A DNA stretch of 64,000 bases from NCBI GenBank assembly GCA_021613535.1, contig CP075493.1:17050001-17114000 (forward strand), given 5' to 3'. Position numbers and translations under genes: made by a program. Under the pieces are notes generated by a model. The model searched no databases. It saw only the letters and a list, made by a program, of their open reading frames with translations, and was not told the DNA's origin. Source of the DNA: Adineta vaga. Taxonomy: Eukaryota > Animalia > Rotifera. Positions 52,674-64,000 of this stretch are shown here, piece after piece. Within the stretch, counting starts at the first letter, position 1, and each line of letters opens with the position of its first letter.

Positions 52674-53291
52674 ATGTTGATTATTCAAATTAATCTGGCG
52701 ATATTGATTCTATCAAACATCTTATTATTGGCTGCGGATGATCAGCAAAAAGAAAAAAATCGACTAAGCTTTGATGTACCACGTCGTTTATTATTCCATT
52801 CTAATAAGGAACATCTACTTTTCATCGGAAAAAATGCAGCCAATATTAGCACCAACGGTTCAAGATTTAACATTCGTTTTCGTTATAGTATTCATGATTT
52901 TCGTCTCATCATTACAGATTCAAATGATGATCATAAATTTTATAAAGTAATGTGTAATATATATTACAAATGTCGTATTTTACAAGATGGAATAGAATTA
53001 ATTCGATTGAATGGATCGATCATAAAAAAACTTCACTTTGATACGTTTAGCAATCGTCAATCAATTAACATAGGAAATAATTGGACCATGTTAATTATGT
53101 CTGACGAAGATAAAGTAATGCTATTTCATGCGGCTTATAGCAATCAACAACCTCTAGTAGAGCTTGCTCCATTCAAGCTTTCTGGCATACGTTCAATGAA
53201 TTGTACCTACTCAATCAACATCATTCAGCAACCTCTTTTCAAACCTGCATTTCTCATTGCAATGGGTATCATAGTTGACGGTCTAACATGA
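52674..53291 (+). CDS. Secreted LURP1/Tubby-C-like protein
   Basis: Signal peptide MLIIQINLAILILSNILLLAA; C-terminal YSINI...PAFLIAMGIIVD. Confidence 0.55.
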   Translation: MLIIQINLAILILSNILLLAADDQQKEKNRLSFDVPRRLLFHSNKEHLLFIGKNAANISTNGSRFNIRFRYSIHDFRLIITDSNDDHKFYKVMCNIYYKCRILQDGIELIRLNGSIIKKLHFDTFSNRQSINIGNNWTMLIMSDEDKVMLFHAAYSNQQPLVELAPFKLSGIRSMNCTYSINIIQQPLFKPAFLIAMGIIVDGLT

Positions 53292-53777
53292 ATATCAATA
53301 TAAGAAAGTCAAAAATCTATTGACTATTAGCATTACGTTCTTAACTAATTTTGTTTCCATTTAAATTATTCAATAAAAACATGAATTTATATAAGAAAAT
53401 CTATGACAATGGTCGTATAGTAAACATAAAATAGAATAAAAAAGGATATAGATACAATCAAGGCTAACATTGAATAGAAATGAAATAAATGCAGAGAAAT
53501 GAAACATAAAGACTAGGGCAATTCCATGGGATCTCAACCACAGTGTACAAAATTTTTCTCTGATTCTGATGAAATTCTCAGCGTTTGTAGAGCTTTTAGT
53601 TCTGAGTATTTTAATAGAAAAAAATTCAAAATCTTTTATTTCCGCGGATAGATACTAAAGACAGTTTTATCACTAAAATGTCGAAAAAAACTCGACAAAC
53701 GAGTTGTTAGCATCATTTTGACCAATAGTTTGGGATAGTTTTTGTCATCAAAGCAAAATCAAACATGAAATGTAAGG

Positions 53778-54716
53778 AGGTACCTGTAATTTATGCAATC
53801 ACCCGTAATCACCCAACCTTTTGAGATACGATAAAAGTGAGTCTGACAACCACCTACAACTCGATGAGTTATGTTCACAAACAGCCACAATCACCCACAT
53901 TTGATGAGTTTTAGACGAAATAAACCGCCCACAAAGGTGAAAAAAATAGTCCTCTTCAAAACAACCATCCAGAATCTCTCTTATAGTTCCACAAACGTCA
54001 GAAGTTGTCTCCTACAACCACCCATAGAATTACAAAAGCTACATTTTCTCAAGCACAAGTAGTGGGTTTACATAGGCCTGTAAGGATCTGAATGGGGGTG
54101 TGGGTGAGTGTGCATATAGTTCTCAGTTTGGCGTATAAGCGCGCAAAGGGTGTCCACATTCGCTTGCCTGATATTCGCACTAACATATGATGTTGAATAA
54201 GTATGAGTACGGTTATAATTAGTGAAACTATCAGTGTGGGTGTGGGTGTACTTGTACATCTCGTCGATGAAGAGTGAGTTAATTAGAATGTGTGAATTGG
54301 TTAAGTTTTGGGAGTGAGGAAGGAAATGTGGACACCCTTTGCGCGCTTATACGCCAAACTGAGAACTATATGCACACTCACCCACACCCCCATTCAGATC
54401 CTTACAGGCCTATGTAAACCCACTACTTGTGCTTGAGAAAATGTAGCTTTTGTAATTCTATGGGTGGTTGTAGGAGACAACTTCTGACGTTTGTGGAACT
54501 ATAAGAGAGATTCTGGATGGTTGTTTTGAAGAGGACTATTTTTTTCACCTTTGTGGGCGGTTTATTTCGTCTAAAACTCATCAAATGTGGGTGATTGTGG
54601 CTGTTTGTGAACATAACTCATCGAGTTGTAGGTGGTTGTCAGACTCACTTTTATCGTATCTCAAAAAGTTGGGTGGTTGTGGTGATTGCGGGTGATTGCA
54701 TAAATTACAGGTACCC
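53778..54716. mobile_element. MULE-type foldback element
   Basis: Near-perfect arms of about 385 bp (53778-54160 and 54325-54716); 9-bp TSD AATGTAAGG. Confidence 0.9.
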
Positions 54717-55693
54717 AATGTAAGGCCATATTAAAATTCCTCATGAAAAGGCGCATCGGATGGTACCAAATTGAATTTCAGTTTCGAAGAAAATTTGGAT
54801 TTCAATATGTCATGATGATTCATAACTGCCCACTAGTATACTGTGTGATTGACATTTTTGATCACGATCACGAATTTTCACGATCAAATTCACGATTAAG
54901 ATCAAAAGTATTGTATAATGTATCGCACCATAGGAAAAATATTTCATCGATCAGTTGTTCCATCTATCAGATACATTCTATTGGATGTGATCAAAAGGCA
55001 AAGGGGAAAAAGCGGATTTAAATGAGACAAAAATCAAACTTAAATCATGTAAATCACGTTTAAATCAGTTAAGTCACTTTTACATCATTTAAACTCATTA
55101 AGAAAATTTTACGAAATTAGTACTACAACTAGTTTAGTTATAACAGGTCACCCTTATGTGCGTTACTGGATGCTCATGTAGTATTGTAGAGCAAAACTAA
55201 TAACTTTTTCGGTTTGATTTTACGACAAACATGTGTCTTCGATAGTTGTAGAATATTTTCATAGATAATTTCTTCTTGCCTTTCTATTTAAAACAAATAA
55301 GTTAGAATCTAGAAGAATTCTATTCGATTTATTACTATCATTAAGAAAGAGAGCTGGAGAGAAAAGATATTCTCTCAAGGGTAAAAACCGATTTACGATT
55401 TTCATGATTTAAACAATTTAATTATGATTTTCAAATGATTTAAATTAGTTTAAATCATCAAAACTCATTATTTTATATGATTTGTCAAGGAGGAAAAGCT
55501 GGTTGCAATGATTCCCACTGAGTGTCATCCGTTTTCTTACTATCTGATCACGTGTTCAAGTGTTTTCTGAAAATGCATACAGTTTTCAATTATAAACCAT
55601 GGCAATCATCTTTTCACAGGCTCGAGTGGACAATAGATTTTTTAGTGTTAGCGTCTATGATGAATCATTCGACGCTGAACTTGAGATTTAGAG

Positions 55694-55768
55694 GGTCGTT
55701 CTAGTCTAACTGGCTTAGGACATCTGCCCAGATAGCAGAAGATGTGGGTTCGAATCCCACGAAGATCA
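55694..55768 (+). tRNA. tRNA-like gene with a non-canonical anticodon loop (AGA), inside a MITE
   Basis: A box TAGTCTAACTGG; anticodon arm TCTGC-CCAGATA-GCAGA; T arm GTGGG-TTCGAAT-CCCAC; acceptor GGTC(G)TTC/GAAGATC; T5 terminator. Confidence 0.6.
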
Positions 55769-56043
55769 ATTTTTCTCTATTTTCTCTTTCTTTCGTTCTC
55801 TTTCACTGATGAACCCTTTCATGGCTCATATATGTAGCTAACCTTTAGTAACCATGATTATTAATGATTGCTCTCGTTATTTTGCCTATCATGCAATGAA
55901 CTCAGGTTGCATCTGATAGGACTTCTTATTTACATTATTCAGCAATGTGACAATCGTGTTATATAAGTGAACTTACGTCTGATGTTCAATGATTGCTTTG
56001 CATGCAATCAGCTTTTTCTCCCTTGTGATTTAATGTGATTTAA

Positions 56044-56469
56044 CCCTGTGAGGACGGGATTACTTTTAAGAGAGGAAATGAAAATTTCGAAATTCTAAAA
56101 GATATATTTATTCTTATCCATAACAGAAAAGTCTAAAAGTACTTTAGAGTACGCTAATCTTGAAAATAATAGAAAGCTCAAAGTCCGACATCATCCTCAA
56201 CACATACGTATCTGGTGTCAGTTCTCTTTTTGGTTCTACTTCCTGTTTCCGCCCAAACAACACATTTTTTAAAGATTTTCTTTGGTCAATGTTGAAGATA
56301 TAAATGCAACAGAAAAAAAGTGAATGAGGTCGCAGTATAAATGGTAGTATAACAGTTTGACAGTCTATGTGCTAATTCAGATCATAAAAACATCGTAAGA
56401 GGTACGCACTAATTAATTATGAGTTAATTTCAAGCAAGACGTATATATACGTCACGCGTCCCCAAGGGG
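56044..56469. mobile_element. piggyBac-type MITE
   Basis: TTAA-CCCTGTGAGGACG ... CGTCCCCAAGGGG-TTAA. Confidence 0.7.
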
Positions 56470-57129
56470 TTAAAATGATTTATTTATGATTTACAGTCGA
56501 TTTAAATCAGCCTGTTCCCTCTTGGTAAATCTCCAAGTTTTTTACATGTACTAATTCATCGTTCACTTCAACAATAACTTGATAGATTAGCGAGGAGGAA
56601 TCGGTAAATCGTAGCTCCTCGGAGTTCTTTTCTCAAGTCCTGAAACCCATAGCCTTGGAGTCCTGAAAAGTCCCATAGAGTCCACTAAACCCTAGATTCC
56701 ACGAGTCGCAGTTTTCTCAAGCTCTTGGAGCTCAGTATTCTTGACATCTGCCATATCCCCGTATGAAATTCGACAAAATTTTCATATAGTATTTTATCAT
56801 GGATTCTACGACTTCGGGACTCCACTGGTATCCCAGAGTCTGCCGTTTTCCCTTGGTAGACTAGTTGAATAAAAAATTAGTACAAGTACTTATATAACTT
56901 ATGAACATTTCCAGGGAAATAGTAACTTTATACCATTGTAAAATCCTATTGTAAAGCTTGATTTACACGAGTTTTAAATTAGTTAAACTCAATTCAAGTC
57001 ATAAAAATCACTTTAACTCATTTTAAACCACTAAATCATAAATCACTTTTTCCCCCTTGGAATAAAACCTGACAGGGTTCTGAGTCAGAGCTTAAACCTC
57101 AAATAGTTTCCTATGGCGTCATTTTTTTT

Positions 57130-57695
57130 TACAGAGTAGCACCGCTTATGGCTGATCTAAATCCCAAGAAGGTGATGCTGAGCGTTTGGTGGGTGTCAAT
57201 AGGATTATTCATTGGGAAATTCTTCCAAATGGTTGCAACATCACTGCTGATCTCTACTGTCAACAACTGCATCGGGTTGCCAAAATACTCAAGGGAAAGC
57301 AGGATCGAATTTATCATTTGCATGAAAACTCAAGACCCCATGTTGCAAAGTCAATCTTTGAAAAATTATTGAAGCTCGGATGGATTACCATTCCTCCTCT
57401 ACCTTATTCTCCTAACTTAGCTCCAACGGACTATCATTTGTTTCGTTCTCTTTTTCATCATTTGCATGAGAAAAAGGTCGACGCCGAGAACGACGTGAAA
57501 ATGGATATCGCCAACTTCTTTGATAACAAATCCTAGGTCTACTACGAACATGGGAACTGATCTCTGCCAGAGCGTTGCGACAAGTCATATATAGTAGTGG
57601 TGCATATATCACTGAAAGCTAGTTCTACTGTTGAAGTTAAAAAATACTAATAAAATTTTTGAAAAAAACGCAAAAGCGTTGTTGTCGACCTAATA
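57130..57695 (+). mobile_element. 5'-truncated mariner transposon
   Basis: KKVMLSVWW, YCQQL, HENSRPH, PYSPNLAPTDYHLFRSL; 3' end ...GACCTAATA-TA. Confidence 0.85.
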
Positions 57696-58455
57696 TAGTT
57701 TATATGGCATTGATAAATTATTCTGTTTCTCGTAGAGAAGAGTCTAGCATACATAAATTGTCTGCTTGCTTGCTTGTATGTTCACACTTCACTGATTGGT
57801 TCAAGAAAAAGGTGAAAATAAAAGGGATAGTTATCTGCAAAACTTAACCAAAGGGTAATCGATGACGGAAGTTTAAATCAGAGGTCTGACTAAATTAATG
57901 AGCTATTGATTAGTTATTAATTGTTTATTAATTATTAATGTTTTTCATAAAACTTCGCCAAAGGGTAATCGGGAATTGGAAGTTCAAATCTAATCTTAGT
58001 TTTATTTCATGAATTACTAGTTAATTATTAACTGTTTAACTATTGATGTTTTGCTTTGAAAATAAATCAAAGGTAATCTGGAATGAAAAGTGCACATCTG
58101 AGGTTCTTTTTTATTAATTAATGAGAGTAAGTAAGTTGCTGTCAATTCCAAAACACCATTTCTACGAAAAAGAGCTGAGCGAGTCCTCGGACGAACGTTA
58201 CTTGTTATGTTATATATATTTTTATTTAATTAATAATGAAAAATATAAGGATGAGAAAGTAATGGTAATATATGCGCAAATAAGGAAAGGTTAAATATAT
58301 ATATATATACAATTCTTGTAGAAGGTAAGGTAAAGCTGTGATGCCAAAAGTATACAAGAAAATAAAATCCAAGTATTGGAGTGACTTAAATAGGATAAAA
58401 GGCAAAAATTTATTACTCGTAGGACGTTATCTTTCATGCATGAACTGTATTTTTG

Positions 58456-59076
58456 TTATTTTAAGAGTAGATCCATGGCGATTGCAGTTGCAATGACGAG
58501 AGGCTTGTTTTTCTGTAGCGGTGACCGGAACGAAACAGTGTATGTATTTTGGTTCTGTAAATGTAGGTTCATTCTAACGACGTGAGCGTCTATTGTTTTG
58601 GTGAATTGATTCTCTATCTGGTATCGGTACAGTGTTTTGTCAACGCATCTCACAAGTAAAACACCAGTATCTTCTGCTCCAACCTTCATGACAAACGATG
58701 GATTTCTATTCAATCCGTCGCTTCCCATGAACAATGGTACACTAGTTGTCGCCGAGTCTATCATAACTTGACGTTGTCGACGAGGAGGGCCATGTTCAAT
58801 GCCAGTTATTCGAAATAATACATTATTGGAAAGACTTTTTAAATAAATGGAAGTCATCCCTGTCCGCATGCCTTTGATTTTCTCGACAAGAAACACAGGT
58901 TTCAATGCTTCATTAAGAATTTCCGCGTTGATGTTTTGGTTTGTGTTTGTGTCGTGTAATGAAATGCTCTGAGGAACAATACAAAGTGAAGGTAGTAATG
59001 ATGTACAATGGTTAATTTGCGCTTCAGAGCCACCAATAGTAGCTCCCAAAATGACGATTATTAGTAAAACATCCAT
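58456..59076 (-). CDS. Secreted LURP1/Tubby-C-like protein
   Basis: Signal MDVLLIIVILGATIGGSEA; C-terminal NTYTVSF...KPLVIATAIAMDLL. Confidence 0.6.
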   Translation of the reverse strand: MDVLLIIVILGATIGGSEAQINHCTSLLPSLCIVPQSISLHDTNTNQNINAEILNEALKPVFLVEKIKGMRTGMTSIYLKSLSNNVLFRITGIEHGPPRRQRQVMIDSATTSVPLFMGSDGLNRNPSFVMKVGAEDTGVLLVRCVDKTLYRYQIENQFTKTIDAHVVRMNLHLQNQNTYTVSFRSPLQKNKPLVIATAIAMDLLLK

Positions 59077-59156
59077 GTTTTTATTGGGTTATGCTAAATA
59101 TCTTGATATATATATATACCTTCGTAGAGCCCATACTGTTCTTGCTTTGTTTACTA

Positions 59157-59333
59157 ATCACGCGCTGGATGATGGAGCAATAGTTCTTATCGATCACATG
59201 CTAAATGATGGATTAATATTTCGATTCTATCACGCGCTCGACAGTGGAGCAATAGTTCTTATCGATCACATGCTAAATGATGAATTAATATTTCGATTCT
59301 ATCACGCGCTCGACAGTGGAGCAATAGTTCTTA
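59157..59333. repeat. 72-bp tandem repeat, about 2.5 copies
   Basis: ATCACGCGCT recurs at 59157, 59229 and 59301. Confidence 0.9.
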
Positions 59334-60829
59334 CACAACTAACGCTGGCCAGACGATGTTTTTGTGAAACCCAATATTGAGTTTTATCAGGAATGTGACG
59401 CTCGTGGAGTGCGGAGGTGCGCACCCCTCCAACTTTAGAAAATTTTCAGTTTTTCACAGCCAAAATCGTATATTTTATTGAAAAAGAAGAACGTAAAATT
59501 AAAAAAATTAATTTTGCACTAGCACTTTTAAAACATTATGTATACATACCTCCGAAAATTCGAAAAAAATTTTCTGACTCATCCCTTCGTTTTACCATTG
59601 AGAAATAAATTAGTTATGTATGTCTTTTCTTTTTGCCAGATATACTCTTTAAAAAAATCTGCACCATTAAAGGTTTTAAAGAAAATCCTGAAGCTTTTTA
59701 GGTTCCTTTCAGTTATTAATAAACCATCAGAAGGTTCCAGATAATTTCAAGAACGTGACAGACAGAAAAGATGGTTCGATACATTTAAAAAAGTTCCATC
59801 TCACACCAGTTTTTTCTATAAATAAATGCGGAAACCTCGGATTTAAATCCAAGTGTTATGTGTACTTCAAAAAGTCACAAAGGATATTCATTTTTTTATT
59901 ACTGTAATTTAATTTAGGTTCAAAATGACATCTATTTTAAATCTAAAAGATTTGTTTTGTCACATTTTAATTTCGTTTTTACTAAAAGAGATTTTATTCA
60001 TATTACTATTATTAATTAAAACTTTTTCATATTTTGAATCAAATGATATAGTTTTATGTTTATATAATAAATGAAAATAATGATATTTGTTTTCCACCAA
60101 TGATAATAAGTAGTTCTTTTTTCTTACTTTGTTTAAAATCTAAGCATTCAATAGGTTTTTATCCTTCTTTCTTAAATCTATCTTAATTAAAACAATTAAT
60201 TTGATTATTATGACAAATATGAAAGAAATTTTGATATTTAATATATCTCTCATTAAATTGAGATAAAGAATATGTTTGTCCAGGTGTTTGACAACACTAT
60301 AGTTCAAGTGTTAAATAAACTGATATCCTAATAAATGTTCCATTTTGGACATAATGATGAAAGTTGGAATCTTTCAAACCTGATTCTTCCAAAAACTGGT
60401 ATATTTTCACTTCTTTTCCAGTATTTTTTATGATTTATTATTTCATTTAACGATAAATATGTATTTTATTTATTAAATACATCTGATGAAACATATTGAT
60501 AGTGACATTTCTCTATTAGTTATTGATAAAAAAGGCTAGGATTTAATAGATCAGTAAAATAGATTAAATGATCAGTAAACTAATCAGATGATCAGTTATT
60601 AAACAAAAAACCGCTCTTTAATAAATTATATGATTAGTAAATAAAATATTTTACCAGTCAGTTATATTAAACTATCAGTGGAAAAGTCGAAACGGACTAG
60701 GATGTGTTCGAGTTGTTGTTTGTTTACTTTCTTTTTTTCCCTCTCGTTCAGTATAAATGACTGACTACACATGTACTCTATTCTCATTTCGATTTAAACT
60801 TTATCCAGATAATACAGAAGAAAATGAAT

Positions 60830-61550
60830 ACACAAAAGGTTATTCCATACATGAACGGATCATACGATGATGAAGTAGAAACAAATGATAATGATTTACA
60901 ATCAAATAAGAAAATCAAGAATAGACAAACTAAATATTGGTTAAAATAAGCTGAATTTAGCAATGCCGATGAAGTTCAAGCATCAGTTGAACTTATATGG
61001 TCAAAACACTATACAAATCATAGTGATATTGGAAGAAAAGTATATTACCGGTGCAAAAAATCTAAACTCCATGGTCCTCAATATCGTGCAGGTATATATT
61101 TACTATATCATGCAGATAGTGACAAAGTGTCCATGTATAAAACGGAAGATGATCATGATCACAACGAACAAGATATTCGTGGTATCGATGAAAATGTCAA
61201 GAAATCTATTCGAGAATTATTTAATGACGGTATTATGAAGCCAAAGCAAATTATTCGAGCATTGAAAGCAAGAAATATAACAATACCATCCACCGATTAT
61301 AAAGATGAAAAATTATCTGGCTCAATATAAAAAGAAAAAATTTGGATCTTACCATTATAAGTTTAGGAGAATTAGAGGAATAGTGCAAAATAAATCTTAA
61401 TATTCCAGTTAATGAAAATAAATCTTTTGTTGTTTCTTATCAAATAATATATGAAGGTGAAGATAATGAAGATAATGACGATGATGAAGACATTAATGAA
61501 AATAAATTTCGTATATTTATCTCATCGTTACGATTGTTAACCATTGCTTC
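60830..61550 (+). mobile_element. Degraded MULE-like transposase fragment
   Basis: WSKHY...KVYYRCKK...HDH zinc-knuckle, KPKQI, FRIFISSLRLL; stops and frameshift. Confidence 0.55.
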
Positions 61551-62276
61551 CATTCCAGATCAACCGATACTACGATCGTAAACGACCGTATACGTGCCGT
61601 TTTCCATCGTATTCGAACTTGAACAGCCGTAAAAAACCGTGATATTCGAAATTTCAAAACCACTTCACTGGAATTTCCCCAGAATTTCATTAGGATTTCA
61701 AAAAGATTGCATTAGGATTTTGTCATGATTTCAATAGGATTTCACCATATCATGCAATCCTTTTTGCATTTCATATGCAAAAGGTCTATTTACTTATATA
61801 GACCAATGTCCGCAAAACACAAAAGGTGAATGTAATCTGGACAGAATCCAGATTTCGTGTATTTCAATTATTGCTGTTGCGCTGGAGAGTAAAGAAGTTT
61901 ATAGAGTGAAGAAGTGTTTAGGAACAGAGGCTAGTGTATATATTTCTTATATATCATGGTGATTACATGAAAACTCCTTGTATGATCTGTGAAATGTTGT
62001 TTAAGTGGAACTTTGCTAAACATATGTTTTGATGGAACTGTAGCCGCTAAAGTTTAGTGGATACTTGAACAATCCAGAACTGTGAACAAGTAGAGACTCA
62101 TGAGTAACGAATTTTTGAGGCGCATCAGAATATCCATGGCTTTGCTCAGTTGTATATTCAGAAATTGTTTCTTGTGTGAAATAAACACTACACTCCAAGA
62201 AACATCAATATTGACGCATGCATTTGAACTTATGATGGGCAGAGGTGATACATTATGCAGATGGTAGAAATACTTT

Positions 62277-62385
62277 TGGGTTTGGATGGGTGTGGGTGTG
62301 GGTGGGTGTGTAGGTTTGGGTGAAGAAAAGAGATTTAACCCACACCCGCCCACACCCATCCATCCACCACACCCACACTCTCAAG
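62277..62385. repeat. Telomere-repeat junction element Q
   Basis: (TGTGGG)-like run, GAAGAAAAGAGATTTAA spacer, (CCCACA)-like run, CTCTCAAG. Confidence 0.85.
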
Positions 62386-62509
62386 TTACATCAATTGCAG
62401 CTAAATAGATAGCGTCCACATATATGAACGAGCAATTCTGTATAGATGTTTAATTGTAAGTTATTTATTTTGAAATTATGATATTAAAATATTGAAAAGA
62501 TAATCAATT

Positions 62510-64000
62510 TTACGAATTACTCATCACTATCTGGATGAGAATAATATCAACAATGTTTAGAATTGTTAATATTCCAACATTTCGAATCATATTCACACGG
62601 CATTGGTGAATCATAATAATCTTCACGTCATTTCGATTGTGGAGATGAGTCAGATTTCTTGTAGACTTGTTCACCGTGTGAAAATTCAATTCGATGTTCA
62701 AATGAATCATTATAACAGGCATTTTGATGACGACATGGAATAAGAAAGTCCGGTAAATTCGTATGACGATATTCAACTCGATGAAATGGATCATTGATCT
62801 CTTTACATTTCTTGTCATATTTACATTTTGGTGCATTATGTGATTCATGTGTCAAGTGTGCTTCTTTCGTCGTACAGAGTTCAGAGAATAAACATGGATG
62901 AGAATATGTTACATTGTGAGCTGGTCCATAACGCTTCGAATGTTGAAGAAGACAATTGACATTGTCTCGACAAGGAATTAAATCAGTTTTTTTAACTACT
63001 TTTTTTGGTAAAATATTCAAATGAATCGGTTCCTTTGAGCTTACAGAAGAAATAGTACTGAAATCTTTGTCAAATGTTGGATGTAAATGAGTTTGTTTTT
63101 CAAAACAAACAATTAAATTTCGAACTGGAACTGTGCGAGAACCACAACTTATATGTATAAATTCCAATACTTGTAAATCAAGTCGAGATTTATCGAATGT
63201 AAAAGAAATTTTTTCATGATTATAAATTGAATTTGGACCAGCATGTGAAAGTATAACCATACCAATTGAAAATTGAATTTCGAGACAAAATGTCATTAAA
63301 TAATCTGTATTACAACCGACAAAGAATTGATTAGATTTCGCAGCAAATTTGTTTTGTTCTCTTAGAACAAGATGTTGAAATGGTGCACTATCATTGACAT
63401 ACGAATAATATTCATGATAAGTTGTATCATTCAATGAACCTTTTCCTGCAATATAACAACTTAAACATTGAAGATTCGATTTTCTTCCTTTCGATAGAAT
63501 TGATTCATTGGATAATGTTAAGATCATATCACCACCAACGACTTGCCAATAAATATAATATGTTTCATCCTTCGGTTGACGTCGATTAGCATAGCGATAT
63601 TGTTTATATGCTTGTGAAATTGTTAGAGGTAAAAGATACGTTTTAGTAAAATCAGCGAATGGCATTGTAATCGCAGCACCTTGAATAGATGTCCATGATG
63701 GATGTTGAACACGTTCGATAAATTTCTTACGTAATTCTTCAACAACAAAATTTTGAAAATCTTCACGAGATTTTGTAGGTGGTGTTGGGCCATGTGGGTT
63801 TTGTGGTTGAATGGGTATACCATCATATGGAACTACAGTAAAAGAATTTCTGAAGGTTGCATTCATTGTTTTTTGTGAAGTTCTACTAAGTAAATTATAT
63901 AAATTTTGTGGAATATATATATGTTCGATATAACTCAATGGAATGAGTTGTGGTAAATGTCCTTCAATTGTTAAATGAGAGTCAACATTGAACCATCGTT
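62510..64000 (-). CDS. C-terminal part of a large protein with tandem PBZ-like C-x5-C-x(6-7)-H-x5-H zinc fingers (continues beyond the window)
   Basis: CKYDKKCKEINDPFHRVEYRH and CRHQNACYNDSFEHRIEFSH; a further copy follows the stop at 62628. Confidence 0.65.

Larger units (their letters stand above)
54999..57060. mobile_element. Nest of CAAGG-TIR MITEs (outer element)
   Basis: CAAAGGGGAAAAAGCGGATTTA ... TAAATCACTTTTTCCCCCTTGG, with inner pairs at about 55376/56525 and 55486/56025. Confidence 0.65.

Noticed and set aside
53871-54614. Two identical 63-aa ORFs on opposite strands
   Set aside because: Produced by the inverted arms of the MULE foldback; no protein features.
53515-54812. Possible GGGCA-ended MITE hosting the MULE foldback
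   Set aside because: The terminal match is short and degenerate, and the TSD is not convincing.
59157-59333. Possible CRISPR-like array
   Set aside because: Whole 72-bp units are repeated with no unique spacers, there are no cas genes, and the context is eukaryotic.
1-64000. Athena/Terminon retroelement or recombinase as the enzyme for the junctions
   Set aside because: No RT, tyrosine recombinase or convincing hammerhead motif was recognised in the window; any enzyme would have to act in trans.

Overview
AT-rich eukaryotic DNA with short GT-AG introns. It is most consistent with a bdelloid rotifer (Adineta/Rotaria-like) subtelomere-type accessory region, judging by the TGTGGG/TGAGGG telomeric hexamers and typical bdelloid gene families (NHL, ART-TPR, F-box, large-ectodomain GPCR). 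The window is a patchwork of intact effector-like genes, gene fragments and pseudogenes (DUR3, urea carboxylase, aquaglyceroporin, SMase D, CAP59-like, SDR, MFS), and many DNA transposons/MITEs (hAT, piggyBac, MULE, CMC, mariner, Ginger, Helitron). Two signals stand out. (1) About 16 short telomere-repeat junction elements, most built head-to-head as (ATCT)TGAGGGTGTGGG-spacer-CCCACACCCTCAAGA(T). They sit at borders between unrelated genes or fragments, bound a duplicated toxin segment and share spacer families, which suggests a telomere-repeat-mediated cassette joining/shuffling system. (2) An intronless secreted Cys-rich gene whose mature region has 176 of 187 codons ending in T, versus 4 of 27 in its signal peptide, an NNT code reminiscent of a diversified library. 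All calls come from reading the sequence by eye; no searches were run.
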